Part shown: positions 21,857 to 29,398 of the stretch, in pieces
Layout of the letters: every line of letters begins with the position of its first letter
How positions within the stretch are numbered: position 1 is the first letter of the stretch
DNA from: Actinomycetota bacterium
Lineage (GTDB): Bacteria; Actinomycetota; Actinomycetes; Nanopelagicales; Nanopelagicaceae
DNA length: 64,000 nt
Reading direction: 5' to 3'
NCBI GenBank assembly: GCA_046052045.1
Contig: JBJONB010000002.1
Span: 7,846 to 71,845 of the forward strand
Made by a program: the position numbers and the translations under genes
Notes under the pieces: model-generated
The model's database searches: none
Told to the model about the DNA's origin: nothing
What the model saw: the letters and a program-made list of their open reading frames with translations, nothing else

Positions 21857-23296
21857 ATGCGCCGCGCCAAAATTGTTTGCACGATGGGTCCTGCAGTTGA
21901 ATCTCCAGAGAAGGTTAAGGAGCTCATTGCCGCTGGCATGAATATGGCTCGACTCAACCTTTCCCATGGTGGATATGAAGAGCACCAAGCTCGCCTTGAT
22001 CGTGTGCGCTCTGCGGCAAAGGAAGCCGGCAAGGCCGTTGCAATCCTCGTTGACCTACAAGGACCAAAGATTCGTCTCGGTCGCTTTGCTGACGGTCCTC
22101 ATGACCTTGCTCGTGGAGACATCTTCACAATTACTACTGATGAAATTTCAGGAACAAAAGAGCGCGTTGGAACTACATACAAAGGTCTTCCAGGAGATTG
22201 CAAAGCAGGAGATCGCATTCTTATCGACGATGGAAAAGTTACCGTCGAAGTTATTGAAGTAAAGGGCAACGATGTTGTCACCAAGTGCATTCAGCCCGGA
22301 GCAGTAAGCAATAACAAGGGAATCAACCTTCCTGGTGTTGCCGTATCAGTTCCTGCAATGTCTGAAAAAGATGAAGATGATCTTCGCTGGGGACTTCGCG
22401 CAGGTGCGGATTTCATCGCGCTCTCATTCGTTCGCGATGCTGCAGATGTCAAAGATGTCCACGCCATCATGGATGAAGTTGGTATTCGCATTCCGGTTAT
22501 TGCAAAGATTGAAAAGCCACAGGCAGTAGAAAACCTTGTAGAGATCGTTGCCGCTTTCGACGGCATCATGGTTGCTCGCGGTGACCTAGGCGTCGAACTT
22601 CCAATTGAAGATGTCCCAATGGTTCAGAAGCGTTGCGTCGAGCTCGCTCGCGATGCTGCAAAGCCTGTCATCGTGGCAACGCAGATGCTTGATTCCATGA
22701 TCACAAACTCTTCACCAACTCGCGCAGAAGCCACAGACTGCGCAAATGCGGTTCTTGATGGCGCAGATGCGCTCATGCTTTCAGGTGAAACTTCTGTTGG
22801 AGAATTTGCTATTCAGGCCGTTGAAACAATGGCCCGCATCATCGAGCGCACTGAAGAACTCGGTCTCGATCGCATTCGCCCATTGATGACAAATCCACGT
22901 ACAAAGGGCGGCGCAATTACTAAGGCTGCTGCTGAAGTTGGACTCATCGTTGGCGCAAAGTTCCTTGTGACATTTACACAATCTGGTGACTCTGCACGCC
23001 GTATCTCACGTCTACGTTCACCAATTCCAATCCTTGCAATCACTCCTGAAGTAGGCACCTACAACCGCCTTGCTCTCTCATGGGGCGTTGAACCTTTGGT
23101 AACGCCAATGGTGAAGCACACCGACGAGATGGTTCTTCAGGCAGACAAGATGCTCATCGAAGGCAAGCGCGCCGAAATTGGTGAATCTGTGATGATCGTT
23201 GCCGGTTCACCTCCAGGAATTCCTGGCTCAACTAATGCGATGCGTGTACACAAGGTTGGCGATGCCGTTAACGGCGTAGTCGCTGCGTATCGCTAG
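21857..23296 (+). CDS. pyk: pyruvate kinase
   Basis: KIVCTMGP, DLQGPKIR, IAKIEK, MVARGDLGVE and MLSGETS motifs. Confidence 0.98.
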   Translation: MRRAKIVCTMGPAVESPEKVKELIAAGMNMARLNLSHGGYEEHQARLDRVRSAAKEAGKAVAILVDLQGPKIRLGRFADGPHDLARGDIFTITTDEISGTKERVGTTYKGLPGDCKAGDRILIDDGKVTVEVIEVKGNDVVTKCIQPGAVSNNKGINLPGVAVSVPAMSEKDEDDLRWGLRAGADFIALSFVRDAADVKDVHAIMDEVGIRIPVIAKIEKPQAVENLVEIVAAFDGIMVARGDLGVELPIEDVPMVQKRCVELARDAAKPVIVATQMLDSMITNSSPTRAEATDCANAVLDGADALMLSGETSVGEFAIQAVETMARIIERTEELGLDRIRPLMTNPRTKGGAITKAAAEVGLIVGAKFLVTFTQSGDSARRISRLRSPIPILAITPEVGTYNRLALSWGVEPLVTPMVKHTDEMVLQADKMLIEGKRAEIGESVMIVAGSPPGIPGSTNAMRVHKVGDAVNGVVAAYR

Positions 23297-23352
23297 TACA
23301 CAGCCCAACTCGTTTCTCGTATCCGCTCTTCTCTAATACGATAGGGGAGTAC

Positions 23353-23425
23353 GCCTCGGTACTCCAACGGTAGAGAGGGCAGTCTCAAACACTGCATAGT
23401 GTCGGTTCGAATCCGACTCGAGGCA
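23353..23425 (+). tRNA. tRNA-Leu(CAA), short variable loop, CCA not encoded
   Basis: Acceptor GCCTCGG/TCGAGGC; D-stem CTC/GAG; anticodon stem GCAGT/ACTGC with loop CTCAAAC; 5-nt variable loop; T-arm GTCGG-TTCGAAT-CCGAC; discriminator A. A -10 TACGAT lies at 23337. Confidence 0.93.
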
Positions 23426-23426
23426 C

Positions 23427-24026
23427 ATGAGCAACGAAGCCACATCGAAGACAGCAGTGCGCATCCTTGTCGCCGAGGATGAAGCGCTCATTCGTATGGA
23501 CCTTGTAGAAATGTTGCAAGAAGCTGGCTATGAAGTTGTAGCGCAAGCAACTAATGGCGAGGAAGCAATTGCTCTTGCCACTGAACATCATCCTGACTTA
23601 GCAATTCTCGATGTCAAGATGCCAGTACTCGACGGAATTTCAGCAGCTGAAAAAATTATTTCGATTGCTCCAGTTTTAATGTTGACCGCATTTAGTCAGA
23701 AAGAACTCGTTGATCGCGCCCGTGATGCAGGAGTCATGGCTTACGTTGTAAAGCCATTTACTATCGGCGATCTCGTTCCTGCAATTGAAATTGCAATTAG
23801 CCGCCATACTCAGATGAAATCACTTGCTGAAGAAGTTGCCGACCTTCACGAACGTCTTGAAACGAGAAAGATTATTGATCGCGCAAAAGGCATCTTGATG
23901 AAGGCCCTCAACCTCTCAGAACCCGAAGCCTTTTCATGGATTCAAAGAGCGGCTATGGACCGCCGTCTGACCATGAAAGAGGTCGCAAATGCAGTCATTT
24001 CCCCTGAGGCTGCCCTCGACAAATAG
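23427..24026 (+). CDS. pdtaR: ANTAR-domain response regulator (PdtaR-like)
   Basis: Receiver motifs VAEDE, LDVKMP and KPF, plus ANTAR motif RKIIDRAKGILM...EAF.WIQ..AMDRR; syntenic with pyk and tRNA-Leu as in other actinobacteria. Confidence 0.88.
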   Translation: MSNEATSKTAVRILVAEDEALIRMDLVEMLQEAGYEVVAQATNGEEAIALATEHHPDLAILDVKMPVLDGISAAEKIISIAPVLMLTAFSQKELVDRARDAGVMAYVVKPFTIGDLVPAIEIAISRHTQMKSLAEEVADLHERLETRKIIDRAKGILMKALNLSEPEAFSWIQRAAMDRRLTMKEVANAVISPEAALDK

Positions 24027-24197
24027 TTCCTAGACTGGCTTGGCGCTACACAGGAAAATGACTTGATTTCGTAATCAAAAAGTAACCTCCCACGCCCAAT
24101 TTCGGACCATTTGACCTTGTCTCAAGGGTGAGTTGAGCATTACTCTTCACACCTCCCTGTCCCGGGACACAAGCAAGAAAAAACAGGAAGGCTATAA

Positions 24198-25349
24198 ATG
24201 AACAAGAAGCTCATTAGCGGTCTTGCTATTGCTGCTGCAACAACTATCGCTCTTGGCGTAGTTGCTACAGCTCCAGCAACAGCTGCTGCAAAGAAGTCTG
24301 TAACACTCGCATTCCAGGGTCCACTAACAGGTCCTGATGCTCAGCTCGGTCAGGATCAATATCCTGGTGCAGAGTGGGCAATTGCGGTTTACAACGCAAA
24401 GAACCCAGCTGTAAAGATCAACCTTATTAAGGCTGACTCACAGTGCGACGGAACAGTTGCTGCAAACATCGCTCCTGGTGTTGCTGCTAACAAGGCAGTT
24501 ATCGGCGTTATCGGAACATCATGTTCAGGTGAAGCACGTAACTCATTCCCTGCATACAAGGCTGCTGGCCTCACAATGGTCGCACCTTCAGCATCAGCTG
24601 TATCACTTACAGATCCAAAGGCTCCAGACCGTGGATTCCCAATCTTCCACCGCGTCGTAGCTCACGATGGATTCCAGGCACCAGCTCTAGTTCGTTACGC
24701 AACTAAGGGTGTCTCATCACCAAAGATCTACCTCGTTGATGACCAGACCACATACGGCGCAGGTCTCATCAAGTACGCAATGGCACCAGCAAAGAAGATC
24801 GGTGTTGCAGGTACAGATTCAGTTCCACGCGGAACTGCTGACTGGACTTCAGTAGCATCAAAGGTCAAGGCTTCAGGCGCTAACGTTGTTATCTACGGTG
24901 GTTACACTGCAGAAGCAGCGAAGTTCTTCAAGGCTCTTCGCGATGGTGGCTACAAGGGCATCCTTGCAGCTGGAGATGGTGTTAACACATCAGACTTCCC
25001 AGATCTAGCAGGTTCAGCAGCTGACGGCGTTCGCCTCACAGCAGCTGACGTTCCTTTCGACTCACTTCTGACTGCAGCAGAACTTGCTTCATTCCAGAAG
25101 ATCACAGGCGTAAAGGTTCCAGGTCTCTACTCAGCAACTGCTTACAACGCAGCACAGGTGTTCATCACATGTATCGAACAGGGCAAGCTAACTCGCCCAG
25201 CGATTCAGTCATGTGTTAACAACACAACCTTCAAGGGTGCAGGCGGATCAACAATCAAGTTCAACCGTTATGGAGACATCATCGGTGGAGCTGACGTCGG
25301 CGGTTACCTTGTAAAGAACGGAAAGATCGTCTACGACGCAATTGCTTAA
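24198..25349 (+). CDS. livK: branched-chain amino acid ABC transporter substrate-binding protein
   Basis: Signal peptide; GPLTGPDAQLG, DSQCD...GTSCSG and DDQTTYG motifs; SD AGGAAGG; upstream of livHMGF. Confidence 0.88.
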   Translation: MNKKLISGLAIAAATTIALGVVATAPATAAAKKSVTLAFQGPLTGPDAQLGQDQYPGAEWAIAVYNAKNPAVKINLIKADSQCDGTVAANIAPGVAANKAVIGVIGTSCSGEARNSFPAYKAAGLTMVAPSASAVSLTDPKAPDRGFPIFHRVVAHDGFQAPALVRYATKGVSSPKIYLVDDQTTYGAGLIKYAMAPAKKIGVAGTDSVPRGTADWTSVASKVKASGANVVIYGGYTAEAAKFFKALRDGGYKGILAAGDGVNTSDFPDLAGSAADGVRLTAADVPFDSLLTAAELASFQKITGVKVPGLYSATAYNAAQVFITCIEQGKLTRPAIQSCVNNTTFKGAGGSTIKFNRYGDIIGGADVGGYLVKNGKIVYDAIA

Positions 25350-25388
25350 TTAGCAACTGCTTCTAGAAACACTTTCATTATGTAGTAG

Positions 25389-25430
25389 GGAGTGGCCACC
25401 CCCGCAATAAAATGCGGGGGTGGCCACTCC
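25389..25430 (+). terminator. perfect 18-bp GC-rich hairpin between livK and livH (mRNA stabiliser or attenuator)
   Basis: GGAGTGGCCACCCCCGCA-ATAAAA-TGCGGGGGTGGCCACTCC; no U-tract. Confidence 0.7.
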
Positions 25431-25466
25431 TCATAACACTCTCATTGCTTTCATAGATCGGTAGAT

Positions 25467-26420
25467 ATGAATCTTTCAGTCGTAACGACCCAGTTCTGGT
25501 CCCTTGTTCTTCAGGGTCTAGCTCTCGGTCTTATTTATTCTCTCGTCTCGCTCGGGTACACCATGGTGTACGGAGTTTTGAGACTCATTAACTTTGCTAA
25601 CTCAGAAGTATTTATGCTCGGAACCTTTGCAGTTCTCTGGGTAGAAATTACAGTCCTTGGCCATCCAGTAAATGCCAAGCCACTTCAAGGCTTCGAGTTG
25701 GTCTACACACTTGTCATCGCCCTCGTTGGCTCGATGATTGCATGCGCAGTCTTAGCCGTGCTCGTAGAACTCGTCGCTTATCGACGATTGCGTGCTCGCG
25801 GTGCTAACCGACTCGCATCTCTGATTTCTGCGATTGGTGTATCTATCTTCCTTCTCGAAGGAATGCGCATGATCACTGAATCACGTCCTGCAACTGCTCC
25901 TCGTCTTCTTGAGAAGTGGTCATTCGGTGAGATTGCGGGAGCTAACTTCCGCATCGATACCGTTATGGCAATCGTTGCTCCTATCATCATCTTCGTTGCC
26001 CTTGACCAATTCGTAAACCGATCACGACTTGGCAAGGCAATCCGCGCAGTATCGATGTCAGAAGAGAATGCGAAGTTGATGGGTATTAACATCAACCGCG
26101 TTATTTCCATGACATTCCTTATCGGTGGACTCACCACAGGAGCTGCGGCATTCCTCTACACAACTGTCTATGAAAACACCGTCTTCAACGTTGGATTTAA
26201 CATGGGTATCGCAGCATTTACTGCAGCGGTCCTCGGTGGAATCGGAAACCTACGCGGTGCTTTCTACGGCGGTCTTGCACTCGGAATGATGGAGCAATTC
26301 GCTTCAGCTGTTCTTGGTTCACAGTGGAAGGCAGTAACTGTCTTCGTAGTCCTAGTTCTTATTCTTCTCTTTAAACCTAATGGCCTCTTTGGTGAGGCAG
26401 TACAGCAGACGAGGACATGA
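25467..26420 (+). CDS. livH: branched-chain amino acid ABC permease
   Basis: LGYTMVYGVLRLINFA, LGKAIRA and AVLGGIG motifs. Confidence 0.93.
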   Translation: MNLSVVTTQFWSLVLQGLALGLIYSLVSLGYTMVYGVLRLINFANSEVFMLGTFAVLWVEITVLGHPVNAKPLQGFELVYTLVIALVGSMIACAVLAVLVELVAYRRLRARGANRLASLISAIGVSIFLLEGMRMITESRPATAPRLLEKWSFGEIAGANFRIDTVMAIVAPIIIFVALDQFVNRSRLGKAIRAVSMSEENAKLMGININRVISMTFLIGGLTTGAAAFLYTTVYENTVFNVGFNMGIAAFTAAVLGGIGNLRGAFYGGLALGMMEQFASAVLGSQWKAVTVFVVLVLILLFKPNGLFGEAVQQTRT

Positions 26421-27463
26421 TGAACGCTCTAAGAAACTTCAACCTACGCGATAAAGGCGCTGAGATCTGGGCAGGATGGAACCGCCCAGTTCGTACCGCC
26501 TTCGTTCTCTCAATGATTCTCATCGTTGGACTTCTTCCATTTGCAGCTGATTGGGGCCCAACGAGCTTCCTCAATACTCCAATCACCTCATTCCAGAACG
26601 TTCTGGTCTACCCGGTTGGAATGTTTGTATTGATGGCGCTTGGCCTCAACATTGTGGTGGGTAAGTCAGGTCTTCTCGACCTTGGCTACGTTGCATTCTT
26701 TGCAATCGGTGCCTACTCGCAAGCAATTCTTTCAACTCTTTATGGTTGGAACACTTGGGAAATTCTTCCATTCGGAATCCTCTTCGCAATGATTTCTGGT
26801 GTCATCCTCGGACTTCCAGCGCTACGTCTTCGTGGCGATTACCTTGCAATCATCACACTCGGATTTGGTGAGATCGTACGTATCGTCGCTCTCAACATCT
26901 CAGTGACTGGTGGTCCTAACGGAATCGCTGGTATTCCTAACCCACCAACGATTTTCGGATTCGAATTCAATCTGATGTTCCCAGAGCACTTCTTCTGGTT
27001 GGTCTTTGCAATGATCTTGCTCGTCATCTGGATGATTCGCCGCTTTACAGTGCGCCGTCCAGGTCGTGCTTGGGAAGCAATCCGCCAGGATGAAGATGTT
27101 GCAGCACTTATGGGCGTCAACACACTTATCTACAAGCTGTGGTCATTCGTGATTGGTGCAGCAGTGGGTGGAGCAGCAGGTGTTCTCTACGCATCTAAGG
27201 TCATGGTTATCTCACCAGATATGTTCAAATTCGATGTATCAATTTTGATCCTTGCCTGCGTGGTCTTCGGTGGAATTGGAAATATCTGGGGTGTCGCACT
27301 CGGTGCAACAATCCTTGCCTACCTCCCAGAACGTATCCGCTTTATCTCTGATGCACGTCAGGTCATCTTCGGTCTCGTTCTTATCTTGATGATGAACCTT
27401 CGTCCTGATGGACTGCTTCCACGCAAGAAGCGTGAAAAAATTGAAGAGAAGAGGTCAATGTAA
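26417..27463 (+). CDS. livM: branched-chain amino acid ABC permease
   Basis: GLNIVVG..GLLDLGYVAF, RLRGDYLAIITLGFGEI and GRAWEAIR motifs. Confidence 0.93.
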   Translation: MMNALRNFNLRDKGAEIWAGWNRPVRTAFVLSMILIVGLLPFAADWGPTSFLNTPITSFQNVLVYPVGMFVLMALGLNIVVGKSGLLDLGYVAFFAIGAYSQAILSTLYGWNTWEILPFGILFAMISGVILGLPALRLRGDYLAIITLGFGEIVRIVALNISVTGGPNGIAGIPNPPTIFGFEFNLMFPEHFFWLVFAMILLVIWMIRRFTVRRPGRAWEAIRQDEDVAALMGVNTLIYKLWSFVIGAAVGGAAGVLYASKVMVISPDMFKFDVSILILACVVFGGIGNIWGVALGATILAYLPERIRFISDARQVIFGLVLILMMNLRPDGLLPRKKREKIEEKRSM

Positions 27464-28239
27464 TGTCTGAGAAACTTCTCGAACTTAAGAACGTCACCAT
27501 CAAGTTTGGTGGTGTGACAGCACTCAACGAAGTTAACTTCCATGTTAATAAAGGTGAAATCTGCGCACTCATCGGACCTAACGGCGCTGGAAAGACAACT
27601 GTCTTTAACGTCGTCACAGGCGTTTACCCAATTACTTCAGGTGAAATTACCTTTAAAGGCGAAAACCTTGCGGGAAAGAAGCGCCACCAAGTAACTAAGT
27701 CAGGTCTTGCACGTACATTCCAGAACGTTCGTCTCTTTGGAGATATGACCGCTCTAGAAAACGTTATTACTGCAACCGATGTACATAAGAAGACAGGTCT
27801 TCTCCGTGCACTTATCGGAACACCTCTTAATCGCCGCGAAGAGAAGGAGAGCAAGGCGCGCGCGCACGAGCTCTTGGCTCTCATGGGTATCGATCACCGC
27901 GCAGATCAACTTGCAAAGAATCTTCCTTACGGAGATCAGCGTCGCCTCGAAATTGCTCGCGCACTCGGAACAGAGCCTGAGCTACTTCTTCTCGACGAAC
28001 CAGCAGCTGGCTTTAACCCTGCTGAAAAGGTAGAACTCGCAAAGCTGATCAAGAAGATTCGAGATAAGGGTTACACAGTTCTTCTCATTGAGCACGATAT
28101 GTCGCTCATTATGGGAATCTCAGATCGCGTTGCAGTTCTCGACTTCGGTCAAAAGATTGCCGATGATCTTCCATCAGTTGTTCAAAACGACCCTCGTGTT
28201 ATCGAGGCTTACCTAGGAGTGCCAGCAGATGCGTCTTGA
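27463..28239 (+). CDS. livG: branched-chain amino acid ABC ATPase
   Basis: GPNGAGKT, LPYGDQRRLE, LLDEPAAG and EAYLG motifs. Confidence 0.95.
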   Translation: MSEKLLELKNVTIKFGGVTALNEVNFHVNKGEICALIGPNGAGKTTVFNVVTGVYPITSGEITFKGENLAGKKRHQVTKSGLARTFQNVRLFGDMTALENVITATDVHKKTGLLRALIGTPLNRREEKESKARAHELLALMGIDHRADQLAKNLPYGDQRRLEIARALGTEPELLLLDEPAAGFNPAEKVELAKLIKKIRDKGYTVLLIEHDMSLIMGISDRVAVLDFGQKIADDLPSVVQNDPRVIEAYLGVPADAS

Positions 28240-28948
28240 AATTAAAGATCTTCGCGTTCACTACGGCAAGATTGAAGCCATCAAGGGCGTATCAGTCGTT
28301 GTAAACCAAGGTGAGATCGTCACACTTATCGGTGCTAACGGTGCCGGTAAGACAACAATCCTTAAAACCATTTCAGGTCTTCGCCCAGTATCAAGTGGCG
28401 ACATCACCTTCGATGGCACAAGCATCAATAAGATCCCAGCGCACGAGCGCGTTGATCTTGGTATTTCACAGGTTCCAGAAGGCCGCGGAATTTTCCCAGG
28501 CATGACAGTCCTTGAAAACCTAGAGATGGGTAAGTTCAACCGCAAGGATCGTAAGCACGAGATGCAAGAAGATCTCGATCGCATCTACACCTTGTTCCCA
28601 CGTTTGAAGGAACGTACTGCTCAGGCAGGCGGAACTCTTTCAGGTGGAGAGCAGCAGATGCTTGCTATGGGTCGTGCTCTTATGGCGCGCCCTAAGGTCT
28701 TGTTGCTTGATGAACCTTCAATGGGTCTTGCTCCTCAGATGATTGCAAATATCTTCCGCATCATCACTGAGATCAATAAGCAGGGCGTAACAATTCTCTT
28801 GGTTGAGCAGAATGCACAGCAGGCGCTTCAGCGCGCACACCGTGCATACATTCTCGAAACAGGAAGCGTTACTAAGGAAGCAGCAGCTTCTGATCTACTT
28901 AATGACCCAGCTGTGCGCGAGGCATACCTCGGAACAGGTGCTCACTAA
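28229..28948 (+). CDS. livF: branched-chain amino acid ABC ATPase
   Basis: GANGAGKT, VPEGRGIF, LSGGEQQM and LLDEPSMGL motifs. Confidence 0.95.
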   Translation: MRLEIKDLRVHYGKIEAIKGVSVVVNQGEIVTLIGANGAGKTTILKTISGLRPVSSGDITFDGTSINKIPAHERVDLGISQVPEGRGIFPGMTVLENLEMGKFNRKDRKHEMQEDLDRIYTLFPRLKERTAQAGGTLSGGEQQMLAMGRALMARPKVLLLDEPSMGLAPQMIANIFRIITEINKQGVTILLVEQNAQQALQRAHRAYILETGSVTKEAAASDLLNDPAVREAYLGTGAH

Positions 28949-28956
28949 ATAAGTAA

Positions 28957-29367
28957 TTAATCCTTATTCAAGATGAGGCAGGTTATGCGAGCTGTACAAG
29001 TTCGCTGACCTGCCTCGTTTGTTATTACGATCTCATAGACACAGAGAGTACGACCGAGTGAAACCGGGGTCGCAACTGCAGTGACATATCCGCTGGTTGC
29101 TGATTTGTGGTGAGTTGCATTGATATCTACGCCAACAATCTTGCGATCAGGACCGGCATGTAATTGAGTGCCGATTGAACCTAAAGATTCAGCAAGAACT
29201 ACGTTGGCGCCACCGTGAAGAAGGCCTATCGGTTGCGTATTGCCTTCAACGGGCATTCGAGCGACTAAACGCTGCGGAGAGACTTCGAGCATTTCGATAC
29301 CCATCTTGATATCGAGAGCTCCTTGGCCGCGTTCTTTGATGATTGCTAAGTAATCAGGTTCAGTCAT
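28957..29367 (-). CDS. PaaI/hotdog-fold thioesterase
   Basis: NTQPIGLLHGGANVVLAES motif. Start reassigned to MTEPDY (29367), which removes the overlap with polA. Confidence 0.88.
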   Translation of the reverse strand: MTEPDYLAIIKERGQGALDIKMGIEMLEVSPQRLVARMPVEGNTQPIGLLHGGANVVLAESLGSIGTQLHAGPDRKIVGVDINATHHKSATSGYVTAVATPVSLGRTLCVYEIVITNEAGQRTCTARITCLILNKD

Positions 29368-29398
29368 AGTTGCAGAGTTTATATCTATGATGAGCGCT

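Noticed and set aside
23353-23430. tRNA as an integration site for a genomic island
   Set aside because: No integrase and no duplicated tRNA 3' end seen; flanking genes follow conserved core synteny
24150-24197. Canonical ANTAR dual-hexaloop target in the livK leader
   Set aside because: I could not identify two tandem hairpins with A1/G4 hexaloops by eye
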